This document shows, piece after piece, positions 14,352 through 28,273 of a DNA stretch of 64,000 nt. Origin of the DNA: Eledone cirrhosa (lineage: Eukaryota); NCBI GenBank assembly GCA_964016885.1, contig OZ024753.1:40610001-40674000 (forward strand), in the 5' to 3' direction. The notes under the pieces are model-generated. The model saw nothing but the letters and a program-made list of their open reading frames with translations. It searched no databases and had not been told where the DNA came from. Positions within the stretch are counted from its first letter, which is position 1; each line of letters begins with the position of its first letter. The position numbers and the translations under genes were made by a program.

Positions 14352-16240
14352 CGGGCTGACAATTTATTTATGTTATTTTAAACCTTTCTATTGGCTAGAA
14401 GGTAAAAACATCAAACATATTTTTTAGAATTATTGAGCGGATTGTGAATCTTGAATATATGTTAGCTTCAACGTGCTGGACGAAGTTCAATAAGTTGGGT
14501 AAATAAACTTCTAGAATCGGGTGAATGTGATCAAGGACATATGTGGGACTCGAACTCCTACCTTCTGTATGTGACATATGGCAGATGTAAGTAACCTTTT
14601 ATACCAGAATCTCTCTCAATTATGAAAGGAAAAGTATCAAAACAATATAAAAACAATTCAGACATTCAGACATCCTAGGAACCATGTTTCTACCATTTCT
14701 GATATTTATCCATCAATCTACGTAGACATTCGTCTGAATGTCTGTCTATCCAGTCATCCACTAATTCAATACTTTCACTGTCCTTCCATCCATATATACA
14801 TTCATCCACCAATCTATATTTCTATCCATCTCTTCCTGCATCCATTTCTTCATCCATCCATCCTTCCATCTATTTAGATGAATCTCACTCTCCACCCATC
14901 CAATTCACCGATCATCCCTCCATCCAGTTTCCCATGCACACATCATTCTACCCATCCATACATCAAAACATCCTTCCATCATGTTTACCATATTTCCATC
15001 CATTTTCCCCTCCTCCTCTTCATCCAACCCTCAACCCATCCTCTCATCAGCTGTCATTCGACTAAAAGAAGGACAGATGGAAACATCATTAGCTAAGTAA
15101 TTTGGTAAAAGCAGGTTAAACTGTTTTAATGGAGGGAGTCATATTCGTCGCTTAAGCCAGCTAAGGTAATCCTTTTGGTCACGGGACTGTCGAGCGGAGA
15201 GATTTTCATCCATTAGCCATTATGTAAACGAAATTTCCCCTCCCATATCTTTTAAAATTTTCATCAGCGATATTATGTTCATTATAGATTCATCACCAAT
15301 CTTGTCTCATAGTTTTATTGCTTAAGACATGGCTTGTGGTGGAACTAGTGGAGGCATTAAACAACACATATCAACCAAACCTCGTCTAAAATTGAGTATG
15401 AATACTCAATTATCCCCAAACACAACTTCAGTCATATACACACCTGCAATGACATATACAAAGCATGCACATACACTCGTAATATATATTTAGATATATA
15501 TTATTCAAAAGTTGTTGGATTGGCAGAGTCGACAGTGAGTCGGGCTTAATGTCATACAGTATATATCCCAGCTCTATATATTCAACGGTCAAATTTTTCC
15601 GACGTCATCTTAGCTTTCATCCTACTAGTTTGGCTAAAAAAATAATCGCCAAAACTCTGTGTTTGATATTATCCACTTATACCTCCACCATTAAAAGTAT
15701 TCCTCTCCTTCTATCTAAACTAGAAATAATAATGATAATAATTTATCGTTATTATCTTTATCATTATTGATGCTGTTCTGGTTATTAGTTATTCACGTGT
15801 ACGGACGCTACTTAAGCTAGCTCAAATGAGATTGTGTTATTACTAAGTTTAAAAGCATGATTATTTTTCCTTTTGGATTATTTTACAAACAGTGGCGATA
15901 ATAACATTTGGACATCTCTCATGATACTTGGTAAATACATTAACTATATTATCGTTGTTGTATTTTCCCGACGTTTCTTGCTACTTCGTTTGTACATATT
16001 GATATGTTGGTATTCGGTGTAGCGAGTGATATGAAGAAGGAACGTAGTTGTTGTTCAGTACGTGAAATCCAAACAAACCACAACAGTCCTCGTTAGAAAT
16101 ACTGAAATGATTTAACAAATTGACTAACAATGTTTAGAGACAGACAAAAAAGCAAAATAAAAAAGATACAAACTTACATCAAATCAAAAGTCAGTATGTT
16201 ATTATGAGCTTGTGGTTAATATATATATATATATGTGTGT

Positions 16241-16797
16241 ATAGTAATTGTTGTATTCCATAACATATATATGACTATAGCGTCAAAATGGGAAAATAGT
16301 TAACATAAGATATGGGAAAAATAATTCAGACTCAATTCAAAAGGAATCAGGATATAGATGTATCCAACAGAATTTAGAGAAATCCAGAGAAAAATCAATA
16401 GAGCCTTAACTCATGATAAAACAAAGTCTAAAGTACACAACCTTCAATTTAGGACAACTTCAAATGCTCTGTATAGTCTTGAAAATACTATTTCACGAAA
16501 ACTTTCAGTGGGGATGGTCACGGTTGGATTTCGTTCATCAGCAGAGCTCAACATGGTAACCAAGGTCTCACTGGTAATATGCCAAAAAGGGAATATAGAA
16601 GCAGGCTAGTTTAACATCATGCGTGGTTATTAAAATAAACGCACATGTGGATAAATCTATATCCTGATTCCTTTTGAATTGAGTCTGAATTATTTTTCCC
16701 ATATCTTATGTTAACTATTTTCCCATTTTGACGCTATAGTCACATATATGTTATGGAATACTGTTAGCTTCTCGCTACAACAATTTCTATACTTTTC

Positions 16798-16800
<3 letters not shown>
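16241..16800. mobile_element. Family E fold-back element with hammerhead
   Basis: Arms 16253-16368 and 16646-16761 are near-perfect inverted copies; homologous to 40141-40575; ends in (TA)n. Confidence 0.85.
16466..16547 (-). ncRNA. Type I hammerhead ribozyme motif (family E)
   Basis: GCTCTG-CTGATGA-ACGAAA…TTTCGT-GAAA-TAGT…ACTA-TA-CAGAGC: stems I, II and III all pair; cleavage triplet AUA. Confidence 0.88.
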
Positions 16801-16839
<39 letters not shown>

Positions 16840-16845
<6 letters not shown>

Positions 16846-17045
16846 AGGGGAGATCGGATTGGAGGTGGTAAAAACCAGTTAGACCATTACTCACCAGAGT
16901 ACTCGATACATGGGGTAGTAGAGTGGGTACTATGAAAAGATTCAGGACCACGATGGCTGAGCTCCACCGTTTCAACAGCTAGATCTGAACTGATCTAACT
17001 CTCGAATCGGCGGGAGCTCAGCCGTCGGGGTCCTGAATCTTTTCC
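16840..17045. mobile_element. Family A fold-back mini-element (diverged)
   Basis: GAAAAGATTCAGGACC…GGTCCTGAATCTTTTC inverted arms, (TA)n flanks. Confidence 0.8.
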
Positions 17046-17120
17046 TATATACATATATATATATATATAGAATAAGTAAAAGCGAAGTAGTTTCAGATGT
17101 TCAAGTCCTTTAATAATAAT

Positions 17121-17194
17121 GCTGTGATATATATTTCAATGATGACACTGGCCACACTGTTCTGTGTGCGAGTGTCGTGACATCATCAGACAGC
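17121..17194 (-). ncRNA. Minimal type I hammerhead motif (family I, element ~17069-17300)
   Basis: GCTGT-CTGATGA-TGTCACGACACT…AGTGTCATCATT-GAAA-T-ATAT-A-TC-ACAGC; palindromic loop 3; paralog at 55653-55726. Confidence 0.8.
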
Positions 17195-17344
17195 TTGTTA
17201 CATAATAAGGTTATGTTTCCGAGGCAATCCAAGTTGAATCGACATGGGAACGGACGAAGTGTGTGCTTTTGGGTTCTTCATCCGTTCCCCTGTGAGCACA
17301 TATATATCAAGGAAGAATATTTTCGAAATATATATATATATATA

Positions 17345-17399
<55 letters not shown>

Positions 17400-17400
17400 T

Positions 17401-17570
17401 TATTAAAATAACAGATTAAAGTTTAAGAAAAGAATCGCTGCTTTCACCATTAACGGGTTCTTCTTAATAAATATTTGCTCTAGGGTTCTTATATATTTGG
17501 TATATATTTATGCTTATCGAGCCCTCTTTGGATTTTAGTCTTCACATTTATTATCATTACTATTACTATA
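17401..17570 (+). repeat. Family F (TA)n-associated interspersed repeat (also 50369-50528, 55250-55375)
   Basis: Shared AAAGTTTAAG(A/C)AAAGAATCGCTGC…TATCGAGCCCTCTTTGGATTTTAGTCTTCA followed by (TA)n. Confidence 0.75.
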
Positions 17571-17580
17571 TATATAATAA

Positions 17581-17768
17581 GGCGGTGGATTGGCAGTATC
17601 GGTAGAGGGTCGGACGCCATGCTTTCCAGCATAGTTACGTCCCTATACGATCTGAGTTCAAATCCCGCCGAGGTTGACTTTGCCTTTCATCCTTACGGGG
17701 TCGATAAAATAAAGTACCAGTAATGCACTGGGTAATTGCTGGCCTTGTGCCTAAAGTAGAAACAATTA
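17581..17768 (+). mobile_element. SINE S1, full length
   Basis: GGCGGTGGATTGGCAGTATCGGTAG…GAGTTCAAATCCCGCC…Meta core…AGAAACAATTA; ATTACTATTACTATATATATA on both flanks. Confidence 0.9.
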
Positions 17769-18289
17769 CTATTACTATATATATAATGAATTATATAGAA
17801 GGAAAAGTGTATACATATAAATATTTTGGACGTTAGTGTTTTATCGTAAGATGAAATGATGAATAGGAGGCGAAATAGAAAGAAAGACGAAGGTAATACA
17901 AGAAACAAATAATGTCCCCAAGAAGAAAACACATGTGTAAGTAGTCAGCCTTTTTGGATAAGTGTAATTCAGAATAGAACTGAGTTATCAAAGTGGTATA
18001 TAAAGGCAGATAATCATCGTATATTTTGTATTATCAAGTGAGGGAGTGAGTGTGTCTGTGTGTGTATTTGTGTATGTCTGTCTGTGTGTGAGTATATGTG
18101 TATTTGTTTGTGTGTCTGTCTATGTGTGTCTTTCTGTCTCTGTGAGTGTGTATTTGTTTGTATGTCTGTTCTTACGTATAATACATACATATATATACAT
18201 ACATCCCATATATACATATAAACATAAATATGCGTGTGTGCATATATATATATATATTTATATATATATATACATCTCTCTCTCTCTCT

Positions 18290-18341
<52 letters not shown>

Positions 18342-18636
18342 GAGTGTATGCAGTGTGCCTGAGGGGTGTGTATATATACAGCCGATGTTTTATAAACAAA
18401 GCGCAATTAAGTTTCAGCCTAATCTTGTTTCAATGTCATGTGAATGACCGACACAGATTTCGGGTAAGACCAAAAACATGTGTCTGACGTATTTATACGG
18501 CTGGTGAGATAGCTGTGACAAGAAGACAGATTAATACATTCATAGGAAGACACTTGTGTGTTTATTCTATCTCTACATACCGTATATGCCTTCTCATGAA
18601 CGTCTATTATTAGCCAATGCTATATCAGTGACATTG

Positions 18637-18708
<72 letters not shown>

Positions 18709-18709
18709 T

Positions 18710-18759
<50 letters not shown>

Positions 18760-19535
18760 AAACTAAATAAAACCGCTTATACTCGCATACAAAAGCTTAC
18801 TAACACACATATATATATGTATATATATCTATATTATATGTATATATAGTCCATATACACATGCATAAATATAGTCCATATACACATGCATAAATAGAGA
18901 CATGCAAGTATACATATTCACATACATACATACATATATACATATATGCATATATACGTACATACATACATGTGTACGAATTTGATTAGATTTGGGTGTG
19001 AAACAATGCCAGTGATAAGTCACAGCTGTTGACCTATTCATTGTTCACTGCACCCTCACCATCTTTGTTACTGGAAAAAAGTCTACGACAATTACCAAAT
19101 GAATGCCTGCTTATCAGTAATTACAAGATTACAAGTCGGGTGGATTTAAGGGTGTAATCAGGCCTTCTCACTGATATTATTGTTTGCTATAAGGACCTCT
19201 AGTTGAATTTTGGTTTACTTGTAACAAATAAATACATATATAAATATATAAATATATAAATATATAAATGATAGTTAAAAAACGAGTACGAACAGTGTCT
19301 ATAAAAGTGTATATAAACAGACGCATATATACACAGATATGTATAAGCACATACATACATGTACACACACACATATACACAGATATATATATATATATAT
19401 ATATGCTTATATTCACATATACATACATATAGAACCTCACACAAACACACGCTGACACACTCACACGCATATATATATGTATAAATATACACATAGTTAT
19501 ATACATATATATATATATATGTATGTATATATATA

Positions 19536-19543
19536 TAGCCTCC

Positions 19544-19579
<36 letters not shown>

Positions 19580-19584
19580 CCTCC

Positions 19585-19637
<53 letters not shown>

Positions 19638-19684
19638 AGCCTCCAATTATATATATATATATATATTATATATATATAGCCTCG

Positions 19685-19724
<40 letters not shown>

Positions 19725-19764
19725 CGTTTCTGAATTTGTTGGCAACATGACCCTCCCAAAGTAT

Positions 19765-19813
<49 letters not shown>

Positions 19814-19820
19814 AGCCTCC

Positions 19821-19867
<47 letters not shown>

Positions 19868-19903
19868 AGCCTCCAATTATATATATATATATATATAGCC
19901 TCC

Positions 19904-19995
<92 letters not shown>

Positions 19996-20072
19996 ATATA
20001 TTATATATATATATATATTATATATATATATATATTATATATATATATATATATAGCCTCCAATTATATATT

Positions 20073-20104
<32 letters not shown>

Positions 20105-20125
20105 ATAGCCTCCAATTATATATTT
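19536..20125. repeat. Compound minisatellite TAGCCTCCAATTAT + variable (AT)n
   Basis: About 9 copies of GCCTCCAATT separated by (TA)n of varying length. Confidence 0.9.
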
Positions 20126-20164
20126 ATATATATATATATATTATATATATATATATATATATAT

Positions 20165-20295
20165 GAAAACATTCAGGACCTCGACGGTTGAGCTCCGGCC
20201 GTTCCAACAGCTAGATCCGAACTCTACTCTACTGCCCTAAGTATCGAGTACTCTGGTGAGTAATGGTCTAACTTGTTTTTACCGCCTCTCATCTT
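20165..20295. mobile_element. Family A mini-element, internally deleted
   Basis: Structure mirrors 6592-6707. Confidence 0.75.
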
Positions 20296-20326
20296 ATATA
20301 TATATATATATATATATATATCATCA

Positions 20327-20377
20327 GGCTTCCTGATGATTTTTCCCGAATGAAACAGTTCTAGTCCTGTTGAAGCC
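20327..20377 (+). ncRNA. Type I hammerhead motif (family K, element 20321-20461)
   Basis: GGCTTC-CTGATGA-TTTTTCCCGAAT-GAAA-CAG-TTCTAGTC-CTG-TT-GAAGCC; stem II is weak. Confidence 0.75.
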
Positions 20378-22348
20378 ATTTCTATATTAAATATTTATAC
20401 TCTGCTATGTATTGAGGACCTTACTTACTGTGGTTACCCCCCGATTGAACCCGCGATAAACATATATATATATATATATTTATGTGTGTGTGTTTGTGTG
20501 TTTTTGTGTCTGTGTCTCTGTGTCTGTGTGTGTGCTTGTGTCTGTGTGTGTACACATCTTTGTCACTTGTATGCTCATATACGCTATGATTGTTAATATA
20601 TTCTCGAGTATTCATATCTTTCTCTAAATACTTCTAAATCTCTGCGTCATAGAACAGACCCATTTTTTCGTCCTATCTGATTTTACCCTAATCCTCAACA
20701 TCCATTAATAGGAGTGATTAAACCCTAATAACATTTAGGTTATTAAAGATAAATGAAAGATAACGCGTATTTTTACATGTAATTCATTCAAAAATTAATT
20801 ATATATATATATAATGTTGTGAAAGCCATGTAAAACAAACATATAGTGTTCTGGTCTCTTTCGGTTTATTTTGTAAAATTATTATATAATATAAAGTTTC
20901 AATGTATGTCGACTTACGCTACCGAAATGGATATTAATATTTTATTGAGTTACAATGGAACAATATTACTATGTTGGTTGTAGGTTGTTGGTTGTAGATG
21001 TACAAGAGATTTTTTTTATATTCACGGTAGCGCAAAAGTCATGCACCAGCCTGTCATCAATTTATAGATATTTATCACATTTACTTACAAAAATAACAAA
21101 TATGAAGTTATGACAAAGTATTAGTTTATTGGTGGGATACTTTTTCCACCCTCTACGTTTATTATTCTAGTAACTCCGTAAGAAAAGAAAGGCAAAGCTA
21201 ACCTCGACGGGATTTGAACTCAGAATGTAAAGCGCCGTAACACGACGCCGCCATCCATGTTATCCGATGTTCTACCGATACTGCCGATCCACAGCCCTAT
21301 AAATAATATTAATAATGAAATCGAAGTAAATTATAATTAAGAAAACAGTAAAAGGTTTGAATTCCATTTCGATCATGTGCTGAAATAATTTCAAGGAAAC
21401 ACTATATTTCTAACAGTGATAAGCACTTTAAAATTGTTTCATATCTGCAGTTTTTCCTCGTCAAATGAAGCCAACATACACAGCCTCCTGCAGGCACACA
21501 CATACACACCTCTACAGCCACATGTACAGACCTCTATAGGCATACACATACAGCCCTCTAAAGGCACACACATACACCTCTATATACACATGTACAGACC
21601 TCTAGAGGCACACACATACATCACTGCAGTCACACATATAGCCCTCTAAAGGCACACGCATACAGGCACATGTACAAATGTCTACAGGCCCATACATACA
21701 CCGCTACAGACACACACATACACTGCTGCAGGCACACACACACAGATCTCTACAGGCACTCACACACAGACCTCAACGTGCCCACATATGACAATATACC
21801 TCTGCACACACAAACACTCAAATCTCTATATGAACACATATAATAATAATTTCAACTCTCTCAATAAAAGCCATATAAATAAACGCTATATAACATGAAT
21901 AATTTATTTTGTCATCGTCAGGCGGAGAAACTGGCTCAGGTGATGCAAACACGACTGTTAAAGTGTTTCTCATGCTATATATTTATTTCATGAAGTTATT
22001 TGTTTTATTTTTATACGTATTTGCAACATCTTTAACAACTACGTAATGGACAAAAGGAAAAAGAATCTAAAAAAAAAAAATAAATAAATAACGGCTAAGA
22101 AGAAAATCAGAAGCGAAACTACCACTACCACCACCACCACCAATGACAACAACACCAACAGCAACAACGGCAAAAAGAAAGTCGCTTCCACCATCACCAA
22201 ATCTCCATCTCTATCTCCACCAAGAACAAAAAATAATCACAGCAGTGAAAATACACAGCATATACGATGCCTCTACATCATGTTTCCTTATGGCTTCTAC
22301 ATAATAATAGGATGCACAGCACAGCCATCAGTTCTCTACAGTAGTAGT

Positions 22349-22386
<38 letters not shown>

Positions 22387-22502
22387 TAGTAGTAGTTCTT
22401 TTTCCTCTTTATCTGACAAACAATTTTTATTCCCTTCTGAAATTTTCGAGAATACAATAAAATATAAATAATAATGATAATTATAATAATTAAAATTAAA
22501 AT

Positions 22503-22710
22503 AACAACTTCTTATATAGGCACAAGCGACACAAGGCCAGTAATTGGGGGGGGGGGGAGGAGAGAGAAATTTGACTAAAACGCCCCCAGTGCGTGACTGG
22601 TACTTTATTTTATCGACCCTCGTAAGGATCAAAGGCAAAGTGAACCTCGGCAGGATTTGAACTCAGAACATAAAGGGCTGTAACTCTATGCTGCAAAGCA
22701 TGGCGCCTGG
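22503..22710 (-). mobile_element. SINE S1, long subfamily, 5'-truncated
   Basis: Meta core and B box on the - strand, with an extra segment before the tail. Confidence 0.8.
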
Positions 22711-22859
22711 GACAATTATTATACTGAATCTCCATCGTAACTACGAACTACGAATGTAGAGTGCTTTCTCCTGCTTGCTCCTGTTTTTACCAAAAAAATC
22801 TTTTCTGAACATGTATATACAAATACATACATACATACATACATACATACATACATACA

Positions 22860-23185
22860 GGAGAAGGAGGACATCTACGGACCATTGATGAGGAGTTTAC
22901 AAATCCAGTATCCAAGATACACCTTTAGCTTCATACCCATCATTATTGGTGCTACGGGTTATATACCAACCCGCTTGGACCAAAGTATGACTGAACTTGG
23001 ATTTGCGGACAAAAAGCGCAGCTCCCTAATTCATAGTCTACAAATGGCTGCGATAGCTGGCACCTTCAAAATTTGCAAAACATTCTTGCGATTCAAGGGA
23101 TGACAATTTCTTTTCTTTTACAACCTTGCCACCAGGAAGGTGGCCGGTCAAAAAAATATACTCGAAATTAAGAGAAAGAGATAAC
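22860..23185 (+). mobile_element. 5'-truncated RLE-type non-LTR retrotransposon (R4/Dong-like), C-terminal end of ORF plus 3' UTR
   Basis: 22861-23103 reads EKEDIYGPLMRSLQIQYPRYTFSFIPIIIGATGYIP…LQMAAIAGTFKICKTFL*, which fits the KxxxY…PIxIGAxG…Q…GT..I pattern after the RLE of R4-clade elements. (ACAT)n lies on both sides. Confidence 0.8.
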
Positions 23186-24051
23186 ATACATACATACATA
23201 CATACATACATACATACACACGTGTGTGTGTGTGCATGTCTGTGTGAGTGTGTATGAGTATTATTCATGCTTTACTGGGTATGGGAGTATAAGTGTGTCT
23301 ATAAAAGTGTAGGTACTTGTGTTCTTGTACACTTCCAGTTACTGGTAAATTTACGATTGGAAGTATGTATATTTTTCTAGTCTAAGTGGTGCTAATGGTT
23401 TCACTAACGTGTTGTTTGTTGTTGTCTTTATATATATATATATATATATATATAATCTTTTGGCTGCGTTCATTTATTTCGTTGTTGTTTTTGTTGTGCT
23501 GCTTGTTGTTGTCTTTACTATTTTTTATTTTCCTTGTTTTGGTCTCAGAAAATGTTGGTGTTGCTGGTTTTTATTTTTGTCTTATTTTAGCTGTGATTGT
23601 TTTTGCTGTTGTTGTTGATAAGTTGTTTTTGTTGCTGTTGTCATTGTCGTTTTTGTTTTTATTCTTGTTGCTGTTATTATTGCTGTTGTTGTTTTTATTG
23701 CTGTTATTATTTGTGTTGTTGTTATTACTGATTTTTGTTGTTATTACTTTTGTTGTTGTTGATGCCTATTGTAGTTATTACTGTTGTTGTTGTCGTTGTT
23801 GTTGCGGTTGTTGTTGTCGTCGTTGCCGTTGGTGGTGTTCTGATATCAGCTGTGGATATTGATAAGGTTTCCAAAAACATTTTCCATTTGGAACTGAAGC
23901 CATACAGTGGTTTCTACCGCTACAGTCTGATAACTGCTACCAACAGTATATCTTCATGACCTAGGCAATCCTAAAACACAAACCAATCCCTAAAAACTAG
24001 TCTTAGTATTACTGGAAATGAGATTCTTAACTAACACGAATGCATTATATG

Positions 24052-24240
24052 TGTGGATTGGCAGTATCGGTAGAGGGTCGGACGCCATGCTTTGCAACAA
24101 AGAATTACGGCCCTTTATGGTCTGAGTTCAAATCCCGTCGAGGTTAACTTTTCCTTTCATCCTTACGGGGACGATAAAATAAAGTACCAGTAATACACTG
24201 GGATAATTGCTGGCCTTGTGCCAAAATTAGAAACAATTAT
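24052..24240 (+). mobile_element. SINE S1
   Basis: Same consensus; ATTATATGTGTG on both flanks. Confidence 0.88.
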
Positions 24241-24467
24241 ATGTGTGAGAAATAACCAACACAGGTATATTCTGTTAGTCTTTTACGTATTCTAGTCGAC
24301 AGGCCGGGGCCACGTTGGAGCACCGCTATTGAGTATAAGCAGCTTTGGAAAACATTCCAAATTTTTTTTTATCAACGTTTTATGTGGTATCTCTAACATC
24401 GTAAGTCGAATGAAGAGAAGAATAGAATGACTGTTTTCCGTGTTTATTGTACAGGCATATGTAAACA

Positions 24468-24566
24468 ATAATTGTTTCTACTTTTGGCACAAGGCCAGCA
24501 ATTACCCAGTGCATTACTGGTACTTTATTTCATCGACCCCGTGAGGATGAAAGGCAAAGTTAACCT
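24468..24566 (-). mobile_element. 5'-truncated SINE S1 with long TSD
   Basis: ACAGGCATATGTAAACAATAAT duplicated at 24451 and 24584. Confidence 0.85.
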
Positions 24567-24647
24567 TGTTATGTTTGTAATAAACAGGCATATGTAAACA
24601 ATAATGAAATTATCACACGATACTCATGACAGGTGCAATGTGTCCTA

Positions 24648-24990
24648 ACACGGAAGAGCCGAACTCCCACCATCATCGCCCCCAACTCTCTCGCCCTCCC
24701 CATCTCTCTGTATGGTGAACAAATGTGGTTCCATATGTTGCCTCCCAGCCCCGGCGGACAGAATGGAGAAGGCGTTTCTCCGAAGGATCGTAAGGGAGAT
24801 GCCCCGGAAGAATCATTACATCTCGCGAGGCTCACACCAGCGGCTGGCCAGCTCAAGGTCTATGGTGGTGAGTAGGGAGGTAGCCCAAGGGCCAAGGACA
24901 CGAGAAGTCTCCGCTGCCAAGGACACGACCGCAAACCTGTCGGAGAGCGACCAGTACTTGGAGAGTTTGCCCTCCTCAGCCTAAAGTGCA
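24648..24990 (+). repeat. GC-rich interspersed repeat, unclassified (inverted partial copy at 38430-38580)
   Basis: GCCGAACTCCCAC…CTCGCCCTCCCCATCTCTCTGTATGGTGA…CCCCGGCGGACAGAATGG shared between both loci. Confidence 0.7.
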
Positions 24991-25875
24991 GCAGAACCTG
25001 GGTTAGTCACCAAGACCTCGTCAAGCGATAGGTTTTATAACCAAAATCTTGCAGTTAGAGGCACGTTCCTGTTACGTCCGTGTGCTATCCAATGCCACAG
25101 GCTCTAGAATATTGTCGAATTGGTATGAATGCGTGTACATAAAATTGATGTTTCTGAAGTTGTCAACATGAGAAAATGAGTCGAAATATACGAAACAATT
25201 AAAACAGAAAACAGATTTTATTTAAATTCTTAGCACCAAATATGTGTTTGTGAGTATGTTTGATGTATTTGCATGCTTGTGTATGCGTGTAGATATGTTA
25301 GTGTGTGCGTGTTTGTCTGTACATTTATACCAATATATGTATGTGTGTGTCTTCTTATTTTTAGGTCAATTTTAATAGCTTTCTCAGACAAATATAACAT
25401 TATTTGAAGTTTTGAACAAATTACACAGAAGCACCCCCACGAACAAACACACTATCTCGAGGGTTAAAACACACAAATATATACACACACAGTAGTGGAG
25501 GTACCATTTTAACTATCTCTCTCCACATACACATATAGTCTCATTATATCTCTCTCTCTGTCTCTGTATATATATGTGTGTGTGTGTGGAAGATTTTCTT
25601 TCAAATTTTAATTCCGTGAATGAAATCACTATACTGCTCCATCATCCAATTATGATGCAAGACAGGACGATCTCATCAGGTGACCTCCACAGAATTACAG
25701 GGTTACGTTTAACCCAAGCATGTAATAGAAGATAGGGAAAAGAGAATAGGAAATTTAGAATTGAAAATTCGATTCGGGGACTGCCCGCAAAAAAACTGTT
25801 GTATTAGTATGAGGCATCATATATTATGATAGTTCTTTCTCCATATCTATTTCTTGCTAGTAGTAGTAGTAGTAT

Positions 25876-25913
<38 letters not shown>

Positions 25914-26585
25914 AAATAAATTGGTGGAGAAACATCACAGATATTCCAGCATGTTTAGATAAAAAGCGTAAAAGAAAAAAAGAAATAAGCTGTTAAAAAT
26001 CGATATATTGACCTTTAAAATTAATTTAAAAAAAAGATCACTTCAACGAAGCGAATGCAATACATCTTATTAATTACGAGTTAATGTCCAGCTGGATTCA
26101 CGAATGCATTTATTTCATTAATATGCTCATACTTCCAACACCCAACCCATTTGTAATGCAAACCATTAAGAAGTCTTTAACGATAAGAACTAATAGGTAG
26201 TTTGATATTCATATATGACGATAACTGAATTGTATATATGTTAACAGCTGTTACCCTCTCACAAAATTCTTCTGTAAGAAAATGTAATTTTTTCCCCTGC
26301 TTTTAAGGTAAATCTTTGTAAGGAAATGGCAGTGTAGTATGTCGCCAGTTGATGATTATCGTAGGTGATATATTTGATAATTACTAGCTTAAAGCTAAGA
26401 TTTTTTTAATTTCTTATTTTTATCATATTCTAAAATAAATATTTTTGTTATGGTTTTGCAGTCATATTCCTGTAGAAACAAGGTAAACATAGAGAGTGTT
26501 ATTATTATTACCATTGGTGGGTGTAAATACTATGCGAAACACTTTGTGCGCCACACGAGGAAACAACGAGAGTGATTTTTAAAAA

Positions 26586-26763
26586 CGGATCGATCGACTT
26601 TCGTCAAATCGGACCGAGGAAACAATGTTTCCTTCCATTGATCTTTCCAGTTGAAATAAAGTGTCTTGCTCAAGGACATAACGCATCGCCCTGTCAAGGA
26701 ATCGAACTCACAACCTCAAGATTGTGAATCCAATTCTCTAACCACTCAGCCACACGCCTTCAT
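26586..26763 (-). mobile_element. SINE S2 (tRNA head, CORE-like segment), internally deleted
   Basis: - strand GAAGGCGTGTGGCTGAGTGGTTAG…GAGTTCGATTCC…TGTCCTTGAGCAAGACACTTTATTTCA. Confidence 0.85.
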
Positions 26764-27451
26764 AGAGTTATTTAATAGTACATTATTTTAACGAACTTAG
26801 AGGGATGGAAGGTAAAGATGACCTTGGTGGGATGTGTAGTTAGATCGTAAACAGATGAAATAAACACTAAAGCATACTTCATAAGATGCTCCACAGATTT
26901 TGCCAATCAAGTGAGAGTTTGTTGGTGGAAGAGCTCTGTATAGTTTAGAATTTATAATTTTGTCTTTCCAAGCACAATTCTAAACAGCGTCAATATCTAT
27001 TTTTGTTTTCAATCATTGAAAGATCAATAAAATATTTATTGGCTGTAAAAGGTTTCTCAACAAGATGATTAGTTTAGTTTTCAACTGAACATTTTCAACG
27101 ATCACAATTCCCTTTTTTAGTCTTTTTACACAGACAATAAAATCTACACAATATATAAAAACTGAAACGCAGACCACAAGAAGCAAAAATATCCCCTTAG
27201 ACACAAAATAGATCCATAGGCCTTCAGATGGGAAGGGAGTGGCAGATGGAAATGAGAAAAATATGTCTGCACTTATTTACTTATTAATATATTATTATGT
27301 AGTCTAATGTTTTCAGCGATTTAGTTTAGTTAGCTAATGCAATTTGTTGAACATTAATTCAGTTCAATTAATAGCAGCCTTGGTAATAAATATTAATGAA
27401 GCTCTTTTCTTGAAGACTACACACACACACACACGCACACGCACGCGCACG

Positions 27452-27485
<34 letters not shown>

Positions 27486-27611
27486 AATGTGTTTCTGTGT
27501 ATGTGTGTATGTATTTATATATATGTCTTTGAGAAAAAAGCTTCGTTAGTAGTTATTCATTAACACACACACACACATAATTATCTATCTATCTATTAAT
27601 CTCTCTCCCTC

Positions 27612-27661
<50 letters not shown>

Positions 27662-28054
27662 ACTATATATATATATATATAAAGTCGTCAATAAAAATTC
27701 ATTATATATATTTATATTAATTTTTCTTTCAATAAAATCTGTAATATAAATGATTAGATTAAAAATTAAAAAGAACCATAATCTTTCTAAATGTACTTAA
27801 ATAGATTAGGTGTCATTGAATTCATTAGGTTATTTTGTATATTTCTATTTCAGATTATCTTTATATATTTAATTTATGTCATATTATTATTTAGTAGTCT
27901 TTATGATACCGCCAGTATTAAGAGGTCACTCAGTGGAAGTAATAAAGAAAAAAATATTCAAATTGAATTAAAATAGAAAAATATGTCCACATTGATATAT
28001 TTCAGTCTAATGTGTGAAGAGGTATAATTTACATATAATCTTCACTACCAATAT

Positions 28055-28273
28055 AATGGTTGCTTATATAGGCACAAGCCCAGCAATTTTGGATGAGGGG
28101 TAGTCGATTAAATCGACCCCAGTACGTTACTGGTGCTTTATTTCATCGACCCCCGTAAGGATGAAAGGTTAAGTTAACCTCGGCGGGATTTGAACTCAGA
28201 TCATAAAGGGCCATAACTCTATGCTGCAAAGCATGGCATCCGACCCTCTACCGCCTCTACCAACCCACCGCCC
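28055..28273 (-). mobile_element. SINE S1 long subfamily, full length with TSD
   Basis: TTCACTACCAATATAATG on both flanks. Confidence 0.9.
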
